Shown: positions 47,076 to 60,200 of the stretch, in pieces | How the letters are laid out: each line of letters begins with the position of its first letter | Position numbering within the stretch: position 1 is the stretch's first letter | Source: Tubulanus polymorphus | Taxonomy: Eukaryota; Animalia; Nemertea | Length of the DNA stretch: 64,000 nt | Reading direction: 5' to 3' | NCBI RefSeq assembly: GCF_964204645.1 | Contig: NC_134026.1 | Span: forward strand, 31,458,250 to 31,522,249 | The notes under the pieces: model-generated | Database searches by the model: none | Seen by the model: only the letters and a program-made list of their open reading frames with translations | Told to the model about the DNA's origin: nothing | Program-made: the position numbers and the translations under genes

Positions 47076-47699
47076 TATTAGCTTCACTTCATTCTACAAA
47101 CATCTCATCATCTCATCTCAGTCACACGGAGAGGAGTATCAATCAGTCAGAACTGTTCAAAATATAGAAAAAGAATTTTATATAGCTGGAACTGGAAGGA
47201 TTAACGTTACATGATGGCTACAAAAACAGGGCTCAAAAACTGTAGTAGTTGCTCATTGTTTAGGCACCTGCTAGAGTTTGATCAAACACTTTCCGCAGGT
47301 GCTGACGGTGCAGGGGTGGTCGGTAGGGTATAAGTCGGGACACTTCAACATTCTAGACAAGACCCCTAACTCGACAAGGGTGTACGGCTAGGACCAGAGC
47401 AGGTGGGAATTGATAATATTTTGATAATGGCAGTTAGAAAGGTAGGTATAGTGAATCCAAATTATCCAATATATAGGCCTAAAACGCTAGCACGATCAAT
47501 AAAATTGCATTTGAATTTTGAATCGGTGAGTGGAGTTCGACTCAGTCAGTGAGACTCGATTCACTCCGGTTTCTGTTCAATAAAAACTGTTTGAAATCAT
47601 TTTAAAAACTGTGAATTTGTTAAAATTAAACTCACACTCAATAAATATATCTTTAACACATCACATCCGCTTCATTAATACTAAAACTAAAGTAATAAA

Positions 47700-47950
47700 T
47701 AAATTTGAATTGATGCCGCCATCTTGTTTGGTGACGTCACTCAAGGTTAGGGTTAGCTGCTAACCCTAATGACCCGACAGATGTTGACGTCACTCTAGGG
47801 TTAGGGTTAGATGTTTAACCCTAGGGTTAGGGTTAGTTAGGTACTCTGACGGGTTCGAATCCCACATACCTCGCCAATCTCTAGTGACGTCAGTAATGGC
47901 GCGTGCGCACTGACACAGTTTGATTCAAGATGGCCGCTGAGTTGTAGGAG
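47700..47950. promoter_or_regulatory. Putative bidirectional promoter of the two cytokine receptors
   Basis: Outward-facing YY1-like motifs (gccgccatcttg ~47715; caagatggccgc ~47926), three TGACGTCA CRE palindromes (~47733, ~47785, ~47885), NRF1-like gcgcgtgcgca (~47899) and several TTAGGG motifs. Confidence 0.6.
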
Positions 47951-48849
47951 TTATTTTTTCAGATGGAATATTTCTATTTGACGCGTCTACTGCCGGATTA
48001 AACGACGATCAATACCGTCTACAATTAATCAGTTACGGTAGGAATATATTTACGATAATTATTAATATATATATTATAATCTGATGTGGATTATCGCGGA
48101 GACAGACGTGAAGAAAATGACAATAAGTAAAACAGTCAACAATCAACAATTAATAATCGAATTTCAGCCGTTAGAGAGGAGTAGCGTTTAGTGTGCCTAG
48201 CCCCAGCCGCTGTCTGTTGTTATTGAGTGAAACCTGACTATAATTAGTTGAGAGATAAGTGATTGAGGTTGAGAGTGAGGTGTATACCGCACTGTCACTC
48301 ACTGGTGATCTGGTCCTTTTGGGGCCTGTTGGCTGGTGGCTCCCCCTACTACTGACTCGACTGATTGACTGGCATTCATCTGATGATTCTTTCTGATTGC
48401 TTCCTTGTTTTCTACAAGATTTCGGAATCTTGTTTCGAGGAGTTACTAACCAACTATGCGCAATCGGCCGAGTAAATTATCATCAATCAGGAACTGCAAG
48501 TCTGTCATCTTGAGAAAGCCATATTACCTTGGTTACACTGTCTCTGTGTACCGTTACACCGGCCTGTCTACATCTCTTTCCATTAAAAAGTTGTTGTACA
48601 ATTTAATCAGAAACCTTTCATCGAAGTTTAGGGAGGGAGAAGAGGGGGAGGGGGAGGGGGAGGGGGAGGGGGTTTAGTTTGATTCATTAGAAATTTGAGA
48701 GCAATGTACTTGTTGACAATTTAAGGTTTCTTCACATGGTTTCAGGTATAATTTGCTCAGACCCCGGTAGAACTCGACAACGACATTGTTATTTACCAAA
48801 TTATGTTGATGAATTGCGGGCCATACATGTACTACATTGCGTATCACAT

Positions 48850-49126
48850 TATGCCGTATTGCGTACCATATTGTATATGGTATTGCATACCATATTATGT
48901 AGGGTATTGTGTACCATATTATGTATGGTATTGCGTACCATATTATGTACGGTATTGTGTACCATATTATGTATGGTATTGTGTACCATATTATGTATGG
49001 TATTGTGTACCATATTATGTACGGTATTGTGTACCATATTATGTACGGTATTGTGTACCATATTATGTACGGTATTGTGTACCATATTATGTACGGTATT
49101 GTGTACCATATTATGTACGGTATTGT
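48850..49126. repeat. 24-bp minisatellite (gtattgtgtaccatattatgtacg)
   Basis: About 11 copies. Confidence 0.9.
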
Positions 49127-49400
49127 CCTCCGATAGAAACCTCTGTGACGAGGCGAATAATGATGAGGTTTAAATATTGTTTTTTTATTATTGTTTCAGG
49201 ATTGTGAGTTTTACTCCTCACTATTTGAGGATTGATTTCAACTTCACATAAACAGATTTCTTCATTATTCAGATTTACCGAGGTAAGATCAAGCAGACAT
49301 TATTGTTGTCAATGGTTACCAGTTGTTACTGATAAATCATTTTTCATGTTTTATTTTTTGTATATGTCGATTTTAGAAATGTATTATAAATTGTGCAGGG

Positions 49401-49988
49401 TCTCTCTCCTCTCTCCTCTCTCCTCTCTCCTCTCTCCTCTCTCTCTCCTCTCTCCTCTCCTCTCTCCTCCTCTCTCCTCTCTCCTCTCTCCTCCTCTCTC
49501 CTCTCTCCTCCCCTCTCTCCTCTCTCCTCTCTCCTCTCTCCTCTCTCCTCTCTCCTCTCTCCTCTCCCCTCTCTCCCCTCTCTCCCTCCCTCCTCTCTCC
49601 TCTCTCCTCTCTCCTCTCTCCTCTCTCCTCTCTCCTCTCTCCTCTCCCCTCTCCCCTCTCTCCTCTCTCCTCTCTCCTCTCTCCCTCTCCTCTCCCCTCT
49701 CCCCTCTCCCCTCTCCCCTCTCCCCTCTCCCCTCTCCCCTCTCTCCTCTCCTCTCTCCTCTCTCCTCTCTCCTCTCTCCTCTCTCCTCTCTCCTCTCTCC
49801 TCTCTCCTCTCTCCTCTCTCCTCTCTCCTCTCTCCTCTCCCTCCCTCCTCTCTCCTCTCTCCTCTCTCTCTTCCTCTCTCACCCTCTCTCCTCTCTCCTC
49901 TCTCCTCTCTCCTCTCTCCTCTCTCCTCTCTCCTCTCTCCTCTCTCCTCTCTCCTCTCTCCTCTCTCCTCTCTCCTCTCTCCTCTCTC
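49401..49988. repeat. Pure pyrimidine (CT/CCT) tract, ~590 bp
   Basis: Essentially only C and T; H-DNA-prone. Confidence 0.95.
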
Positions 49989-50533
49989 GTTCTATTGATT
50001 CATCATTAACATGTCTATCATTACTCCCAACGCTACCTCACTTGCCAGTGCCTCTAATACCTCACATGCCAGAGACCTTGAAGCTCTTTAATAAAAAAAC
50101 CTTTGAAAACCATAAAAACCCAACGGCAGAAATAAATACGTACTAGTGTGCTGTTTATAAGGGTTATAGAGTTGTCTTATCAGTGATGTTCATATTCCAC
50201 TGTTAACTGGGTACTTACCCGGCGTCATGGGTAAGCATTACCATGGCAACACAAGCCAGGTACTCAAACCGATATAATAATGTGTATTATTACAATGAAC
50301 TGCAACAATCAAAATGAAATTATGGTAATTAAGATTTCAATGATTATTACTAATATGAGTCAGATACGGGTAGGAATAAGGAAGTAAAAGGAGAGAATTG
50401 TTTGTGGCCTGAATATCTAATAAGGAAGTAGTTCAGAGAACTGATTCTGGTTGACAATAGATTCAGCAATGTGTCTGTAAACAGTGATTTTAATGACTAT
50501 ATCTCATCTGATCTGATCTGAGCAATACCTGCA

Positions 50534-50576
<43 letters not shown>

Positions 50577-50990
50577 GTGAAATATATAGGTAAAACAAGT
50601 CTCAATCATTATCAGAACGAACTTGATAAACTTCTCTTATCTGTTTACTTTAAATTTCTTCAAGTAGTTTTTTAGTTATTGAACTCTGACTCTCTGATAG
50701 TAAGAGATCGTCAGAGAGGTAGGTCCCTGGTAGGTGAGGAAAAGTGGCTATTAGGTCAGTTCATATTCAGATTAACTGCGTATGTTATTGACCACTCATT
50801 TGTAACCTTGAACTGTGAACATAAATGGAGTAATGGTGGTACCTGTAGTGCCCCCTAGTGGCCCCTAGCTGCTATACTGGGGGTATAACTACCGACATGT
50901 GGAATGAGTTACTCGTAGATTAAGAGTTGAGATATATATTATTGTTTATATTATATTTTCAGAGATGTAGTTATTGTATATTTTCCCAAT

Positions 50991-53900
50991 ATGGTCCTGT
51001 ATATATGGATCCAGGTGGCGCTACTGATTTTCATACAGTCTAGACCTGTATATGCTATCAAACATGGAGATAGTGGTAAGTGTTAGCCCGATCTAAGCCC
51101 GATCGAAGCCCATTTTTGTTCTATAACCAAATTTAAACTCATTATTCGTTAAAGACTGTACAATATTTGATTGTGTTGTGTATATTTTCTATAGGTTTTG
51201 TGCTTGATGGGAAACGTACTGATAATGCTATTATATTAGTGGGACGGTTGTTCAGTGTCAATTGTACGCTGGATCCTAAAGTATTTCGAAACCCGAACAG
51301 AGTTATTTATTTAAAAGCAACGACCTCTGCGAGTATCCAGAAACAATTAGAGAGCGGTAACTTCACGAAAAGATTCGACCCATGGACGTTCGGTATCGTG
51401 AATTTAAAACTCACAATACCGTTGAAAAAACTACTGTTTCAGTGTTATTATGATGGTGGAAAACCAAAACCGGATTGGATTGAGAACTTTCATCTCACGA
51501 CATATCGTAAGTACCTTAGACACATACACTGGTATGTGACTCTTATCTGAGACATATACACTGGTATGTGACTCTTACCTGAGACACATACACTGGTATG
51601 TGACTCTTACCTCAGACACATACACTGGTATGTGACTCTTACCTCAGACACATACACTGGTATGTGACTCTTACCTGAGACACATACACTGGTATGTGAC
51701 TCTTACCTCAGACACATACACTGGTATGTGACTCTTACCTGAGACACATACACTGGTATGTGACTCTTACCTGAGACACATACACTGGTATGTGACTCTT
51801 ACCTCAGACACATACACTGGTATGTGACTCTTACCTGAGACACATACACTGGTATGTGACTCTTATCTGAGACACATACACTGGTATGTGACTCTTACCT
51901 GAGACACATACACTGGTATGTGACTCTTACCCGAGACACATACACTGGTATGTGACTCTTATCTGAGACACATACACTGGTATGTGACTCTTACCTGAGA
52001 CACATACACTGGTATGTGACTCTTACCTCAGACACATACACTGGTATGTGACTCTTACCTGAGACACATACACTGGTATGTGACTCTTATCTGAGTCACA
52101 TACACTGGTGTGTGACTCTTACCTGAGACACATACACTGGTATGTGACTCTTACCTGAGACACATACACTGGTATGTGACTCTTATCTGAGTCACATACA
52201 CTGGTATGTGACTCTTACCTGAGACACATACACTGGTATGTGACTCTTACCTGAGACACATACACTGGTATGTGACTCTTACCTGAGACACATACACTGG
52301 TATGTGACTCTTACCTGAGACACATACACTGGTATGTGACTCTTACCCGAGACACATACACTGGTATGTGACTCTTACCCGAGACACATACACTGGTATG
52401 TGACTCTTACCTGAGACACATACACTGGTATGTGACTCTTATCTGAGACACATACACTGGTATGTGACTCTTACCTGAGACACATACACTGGTATGTGAC
52501 TCTTACCTGAGACACTGGTATGTGACTCTTACCTGAGACACATACACTGGTATGTGACTCTTATCTGAGACACATACACTGGTATGTGACTCTTACCTCA
52601 GACACATACACTGGTATGTGACTCTTACCTCAGACACATACACTGGTATGTGACTCTTACCTCAGACACATACACTGGTATGTGACTCTTACCTCAGACA
52701 CATACACTGGTATGTGACTCTTACCTGAGACACGTACACTGGTATGCGAGACTGACTATTATTTATTTCTGATTACAGCTGAAGTTGTTCTGCCACGTTT
52801 GGAGGACCTCGAGATAACATCGAGTAACTGGGCCTCAATGAATGTCTCCTGGTGTAAAATCAATCAGAACAATACGTATCAGTTTAAGAATTTGGGGGTG
52901 CAGCAAGTGAATTGGTTTCCATTAGAGTATTACAGACGTTCCGCGTAAGTATAACATTCACGGTCTACCATAGAATACCTTCAGCTTGCCATTCACGGTC
53001 TACCATACATTTACTTGATGATTTTGAAATGCTTGAATGATGTAATTCTGTAATTTGTGGTGGCATCGATTTTGTAGTCGTTGTAATTTTGATAATCGGA
53101 TAATTTCTTACAAAATTTGTAGCTTATCATAATCATAGCTGATATCTTAATCCTCATGGCCCAGTTGCAAAGTCATGTCTAAAAGTTGCCTTAGAATTGG
53201 TTATTAAACCAAAATTAGCTTAGACTGGTCTTAAGTTGTTAGATCGGTTATAGAACCAAAATGAGTTAAGACTGGTCTTAAGTTGTTAGATTGGTTATAG
53301 AACCAAAATGAGCTTAGACTGGTCTTAAGTTGTAAGATTGGTTATAGAACCAAAATGAGCTTAGACTGGTCTTAAGTTGTAAGATTGGTTATAGAACCAA
53401 AATGAGCTTAAACTGGTCTTAAGTTGTAAGATTGGTTATAGAACCAAAATGAGCTTAGACTGGTCTTAAGTTGTAAGATTGGTTATAGAACCAAAATGAG
53501 CTTAGACTGGTTTTAAGTTGTTAGATTGGTTATAGAACCGAAATGAGCTTAGACTGGTCTTAAGTTGTTAGATTGGTTATAGAACCAAAATGAGCTTAAA
53601 CTGGTCTTAAGTTGTTAGATCGGCTATAAAACCAAAATGACTGGTCTTACGTTGTTAGATTGGTTATAGAACCAAAATGAGCTTAGACTGGTCTTAAGTT
53701 GTTAGATTGGTTATAGAACCAAAATGAGCTTAGACTGGTCTTAAGTTGTTAGATTGGTTATAGAACTAAGTTGGTCTTGGACCGGTGTTAAATCTTATGC
53801 AATGACTGTGCAACTGACCTCAGATTATTTAATCCTAATCCTTAGATTCAGAGATAATCCCTCGTTTCATCCATTCTCTTTGATTGATTGTTTTCACCCA

Positions 53901-54263
53901 AGTTTCACTGATTTTTGTATCGTGTTCAACTTTAAAAGTAATTTTTGTGCACGATATATTTTTTTCTGAAATCCCGCGTGGTTTTAAATGTTTTTCGTGT
54001 TCGCAATTTTTTATCCATCATCGTTATTTGTTGCGTTATAATATCAGGCTACCGGCGCCACCTATATGTGACAACAGCACCACCTATATTTGAATTTCCT
54101 AATTAATAATGAATAGAAGATAAACAGTGAGGTGAACGTTTCTATTGTTTTATTGTTATTCAGACATCGTCATTCAAACAACTATTCAATGATGTAATGT
54201 ATTACTATTTTAATTGCATGGTTTTTCATATAATGAAACAGTATAAGCTTCATTAATCAAGCT

Positions 54264-54296
<33 letters not shown>

Positions 54297-57200
54297 ATGA
54301 TGATGATGATGATGATGATATATAGAGTCCCCTCTTTCTCTCCCTTACACACCCCTCTCATCCATAAATTTGATCATATATCACTGATATAAATCAATTT
54401 GCTTTCTATGTTAATGGTTATTACTAATTTTTAAATTCACTGTTTTAAATTTGCTGTGATTTGCTTTCATCTGTCTGTAAACTGATAATTGTCTGATTGT
54501 GTGAACGCTTAATTAACTGATTGTCTGATTGTGTGAACATTTGATTGACTGATCGTGTGAACAGTTGATTAACTGATTGTCTGATTGTGTGAACGCTTGA
54601 TTTACTGATTGACTGATCGTGTGAACAGTTGATTAACTGATTGTCTGATTGTGTGAACGCTTGATTAACTGATTGTCTGGTGGTGTGAACACATAATTAA
54701 CTGATTGTCTGATCATGTGAACACTTAATTAACTGATTGTCAGGTGGTGTGAAGACTGATTGTCTGATATCTGAAGACTGATTGTCTGATGACTGATTTT
54801 CTGATATTTCTGAAGACTGATTGTTTGATGTCTGAAGACTGATTGTCTGATGTCTGGAGATTGTTAATTGTCTCTGAACCCCCTCATCAAATATCATCAA
54901 TTTTTTTTTACAAATTTCAATAAATTTGTGTGTCACTATGGTAACCTGATATTGTGACGCAACAATCGTCACTAAACAGTCTGTCATTGAAACGATCATT
55001 ATTTTCATAATCCCAAACTCTGATCCCTCAACAATGCGTAGTATGATTGCTATGGTAACCGAGTTATAATTTTCATTAGCTGCGGAGTGAAATGAATATG
55101 ATACACTGCATGAATAATAAAAACTGATTTGATTTGATTTGCTACATTACTCTCTGTGTCTCTCACGGTGCCGGGGTGGCATGAACACGTCATCTATAAC
55201 TCGCTCATTTTTATTTATCAAACATATATTTGGCTTTTTAAAATGCGTTACAAATTTCATAATCTTATAATCAATTTTGGTGCTGTAGCATTGAACCTAT
55301 AGTGCTTCAATCTGCAGCTGCTGCTGTTGCTAGCTCATGGTAGTAGCTGCTGTTTCTGCTGCTGGTAGCTGGAGATGGTAGCTGCTACTGCTGGTAGTTG
55401 GTGGCGGTAGCTGCTGCTTCCACTGCTGCTGGTAGCTAGAGGTGGTACTGTTGCAGCTACTGCTGCTGGTAGCTGGTGGTGGTAGCTGCTGCTGCTGGTA
55501 GCTGGTGGTGGTAGCTGCTGCTGCTGGTAGCTGGTGGTGGTAGCTGCTGCTGCTGGTAGCTGGTGGTGGTAGCCGCTGCTGCTGGTAGCTGGTGGTGGTA
55601 GCTGCTGCTGCTGGTAGCTGGTGGTGGTAGCTGCTGCTGCTGGTAGCTGGAGATGGTAGCTGCTACTGCTGGTAGTTGGTGGCGGTAGCTGCTGCTTCCA
55701 CTGCTGCTGGTAGCTAGAGGTGGTACTGTTGCAGCTGCTGCTGCTGCTGGTAGCTGGTGGTGGTAGCTGCTGCTGCTGGTAGCTGGTGGTGGTAGCTGCC
55801 AGTGGTAGCTGCTTGTTGGATATGGTTTCAGAGCTTGGGTTTTTATGTAACTTTCCTTTGGCAGACTGAAAATTCATAACCTTTCCTCTTCATATATTTT
55901 CCTATACTGAGAGAGAATGAGGAAACAACCTCTCCTCATTACTCTCCTCTACTGATAACAGTGAGAATGAGGAAACAACCTCTCCTCATTACTCTCCTCT
56001 ACTGATAACAGTGAGAATGAGGATACAACCTCTCCTCATTACTCTCCTCTACTGATAACAGTGAGAATGAGGAAACAAGGATAGGTTAAATGAATGATAA
56101 ATCCATCACAGTATCACCGTCTGACCGAGGTCGTTCACCTCCTGGTGTGTGTGTTATTACTCTTAACCATCCATATTTTTATCTAGGGGTGTGCCGATCA
56201 CTGACATATTGAGGTAGGCCCTGTAGCATAACACGAGCATGTTTCAGTTCCTCCACATTTCATTCTAATTTATGCGTCAACAATATCTATCGGTATAACC
56301 ACGGTTACGACCTGTTTTTGAATGAATTAGTCACGGATACAGGACAGATAAATTAGAATATGAAATGGAGGAATTTGATAGGTCTCTTTTTTATCATTGA
56401 ACAAAATTCAGCAAGAAGTTTCAATTTGAAACATATATCGCACTGATGCTGCTGCATGTAGGCTTCATATTTATATTATTATATTTTCTCATTTTGAAAT
56501 ATCTATAAATAGAAACAGTCTGTCCATATATATATATATATCATCAAATATTAAACAGTATTTATATCCAAAAAGGGAGTGGGGGGGGGGTTGTAGGGGG
56601 GTCTCCTGCGTAAAACAGTTTTTTTCAGGTGAGTGGATCCGTAGATCAGGGCTTTAATGTTTGTAGATATAGGGGCTGTGTTTGTAGATTGGGGGGTTGT
56701 TTGTAGATTGGAGGGGGGTTATATTTCAGGGGTATTATGTTTGTAGATTGGGGTGCTGTGTTTGTAGCTCTAGGTATGGTTTAGGATATTTCAGAGTTCA
56801 CTGGTTTCCATGAAGGGTACTATTGAGTTCGACAGGTTCTGTTCAGGGGTTAGATTAGGGTACTCGTGGACAGTACTAAATGCACAGATTTTTTGCTTCA
56901 GTTTTGGCTCAATTTGGTGAATCACATGAAAGATTTTGTCATAAATAAAATATTGAGATACTGTCTGATATATCCTGATACTATCTGATATATCTGGTAG
57001 ATACTGTGAGATATCGGATACATCGAGATTATCTGATATTGTCTGATATATCTTTCATGTGAAATATCAAATTTTAATGTTATCAATTTTTGATACGCTT
57101 CATGCTCTGTTGTCGTTATTTTTATCTAAAGGTTAAATTCAATCATTTGTTTATTTTCAATGGTTTCATCTTTACAGACATTTAGTAAAATCTACAACGT

Positions 57201-60200
57201 TTCAGTAAGTTGTTATACATTTTATACATTGGAATTAGTCACTCAACAAGATTTCATCAAACTTCATCATTTCATCGAGAATGACTTTTGTCTGATGATT
57301 GGTGGGGACTGCTGCAGAGTGACTGCAGGTGGGGATTACTGCAGAGTGACTGCAGATGGGGATTACTGCAGATGGGGACTGCTGTAGAGTGACTGCTGTA
57401 GAGTGACTGCTGTAGAGTGACTGCTGTAGAGTGACTGCTGTAGAGTGACTACTGTAGAGGGACTGCTGTAGAGTGACTGCTGTAGAGTGACTGCAGGTGG
57501 GGACTACTGTAGAGTGACTGCTGTAGAGTGACTGCTGTAGAGTGACTGCAGATAGGGACTACTGCAGAGTGACTGCAGATGGGGATTACTGCAGAGTGAC
57601 TGCAGATGGGGATTACTGCAGAGTGACTGCAGATGGGGATTACTGCAGATGGGGACTGCTGTAGAGTGACTGCTGTAGAGTGACTGCTGTAGAGTGACTG
57701 CTGTAGAGTGACTGCTGTAGAGTGACTGCTGTAGAGTGACTGCAGGTGGGGACTACAGCAGATGGGGATTACTGATCAGTGACTGCAGATAGGGACTACT
57801 GCAGAGTGACTGCAGATAGGGACTACTGCAGAGTGACTGCAGATAGGGACTACTGCAGAGTGACTGCAGATAGGGACTACTGCAGAGTGACTGCAGATGG
57901 GGACTACTGTAGAGTGACTGCAGATGGGGACTACTGTAGAGTGACTGCAGATAGGGACTACTGTAGAGTGACTGCAGATAGGGACTACTGCAGAGTGACT
58001 GCAGATAGGGATTACTGCAGAGTGACTGCAGATAGGGACTACTGCAGAGTGACTGCAGATAGGGACTACTGCAGAGTGACTGCAGATGGGGACTACTGCA
58101 GAGTGACTGCAGAAAGGGACTACTGCAGAGTGACTGCAGATAGGGACTACTGCAGAGTGACTGCAGATGGGGACTACTGTAGAGTGACTGCAGATGGGGA
58201 CTACTGTAGAGTGACTGCAGATAGGGACTACTGTAGAGTGACTGCAGATAGGGACTACTGCACAGTGACTGCAGATAGGGACTACTGCAGAGTGACTGCA
58301 GATAGGGACTACTGTAGAGTGACTGCAGATGGGGACTACTGTAGAGTGACTGCAGATGGGGACTACTGTAGAGTGACTGCAGATGGGGATTACTGCTCAG
58401 TGACTGCAGATAGGGACTACTGCACAGTGACTGCAGATAGGGACTACTGTAGAGTGACTGCAGATAGGGACTACTGCAGAGTGACTGCAGATAGGGACTA
58501 CTGTAGAGTGACTGCAGATGGGGACTACTGTAGAGTGACTGCAGATGGGGATTACTGCTCAGTGACTGCAGATAGGGACTACTGCAGAGTGACTGCAGAT
58601 AGGGATTACTGCAGAGTGACTGCAGATGGGGACTACTGTAGAGTGACTGCAGATGGGGACTACTGTAGAGTGACTGCAGATAGGGACTACTGCAGAGTGA
58701 CTGCAGATAGGGACTACTGCAGAGTGACTGCAGATGGGGACTACTGTAGAGTGACTGCAGATAGGGACTACTGCAGAGTGACTGCAGATAGGGACTACTG
58801 CAGAGTGACTGCAGATGGGGACTACTGTAGAGTGACTGCAGATAGGGACTACTGTAGAGTGACTGCAGATAGGGACTACTGCACAGTACAGGTTAGATAT
58901 ATATCACATATTCATCATCATATATCTTGTTTGACTATTCCAATTATATCAAAAAGCATTGTTAACAACAATTTACAGGTCGGGCTAACCAGTTACAGGT
59001 CGGGCTAACCAGTTACAGGTCGGGCTAACCAGTTACAGGTCGGGCTAACCAGTTACAGGTTGGGCTAACCAGTAACAGGTCGGGCTAACCTGTTACAGGT
59101 CGGGCTAACCAGTTACAGGTCGGGCTAACCTGTTACAGGTCGGGCTAACCAGTTACAGGTCGGGCTAACCTGTTACAGGTCGGGCTAACCAGTTACAGGT
59201 CCGGCTAACAAGGAATCAATAAAATTAACTATTGCTGATTGTTGATAACATGGATATAATGGTGTAACACGTGACACATTCAGATTTCTATTATACTTAA
59301 ACAACAAAAATAGCTGAAATTCAGTGATATTTGCATAAGCTGCTAAACCCTGCCTGCCCTACATACAAAAATAACCAATCAAATGACAACTATTGCGCTA
59401 AAACGCTGTTTATAGATGTAGATAAAATATGAATCAGTTTCTAGAGATTTTCCTCTGTATCTGAGGCAGTGGCCTCAGTAAATGAGGCTGATACTCTATA
59501 ACTGGGATGATATTTCTGTATCTGAGGCAGTGGCCTCAGTAAATGAGGCTGATACTCTATAACTGGGGTGATATTTCTATATCTGAGGCAGTGGCCTCGG
59601 TAAATGAGGCTGATACTCTATAACTGGGGTGATATTTCTATATCTGAGGCAGTGGCCTCGGTAAATGAGGCTGATACTCTATAACTGGGGTGATATTTCT
59701 GTATCTGAGGCAGTGGCCTCGGTAAATGAGGCTAATACTCTATAACTGGGGTGATATTTCTGTATCTGAGGCAGTGGCCTCGGTAAATGAGGCTGATACT
59801 CTATAACTGGGGTGATATTTCTGTATCTGAGGCAGTGACCTCGGTTAATGAGGCTGATACTCTATAACTGGGGTGATATTTCTATATCTGAGGCAGTGGC
59901 CTCAGTAAATGAGGCTGATACTCTATAACTGGGGTGATATTTCTGTATCTGAGGCAGTGACCTCAGTAAATGAGGCTGATACTCTATAACTGGGGTGATA
60001 TTTCTGTATCTGAGGCAGTGACCTCAGTAAATGATGAACAATAACCCAAAATACTAAATTAACCGTATGAAATAATAAATGGTGAAATGGTTCTTCTCCT
60101 ACACGTTACTCACCAGGGCGGCGTGCCTATGGGCGGGCTGGTGGGCTATCAGACAGGCAGGTAGGTGGATGGAGAAATGGGTGGGCTATCAGACAGGGGG

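Noticed and set aside
47744-47840. TTAGGG motifs as a telomere or chromosome-fusion relic
   Set aside because: Only short dispersed clusters of 1-2 units in both orientations within a promoter-like region.
49232-50146. Leu/Ser/Pro and Arg/Glu ORFs
   Set aside because: Translation of a pure CT tract.
57779-59008. 409-aa (VTADRDYCR)n ORF as an antifreeze-like or Cys-repeat protein
   Set aside because: It starts at GTG inside a 27-bp intronic minisatellite, has no signal peptide or flanking exons, and neighbouring sub-arrays break the frame.
59455-60033. 61-bp hairpin-rich repeat as another ribozyme array
   Set aside because: It has alternative gaggc/gcctc hairpins but no CUGANGA...GAAA core or other ribozyme consensus that I can recognise.
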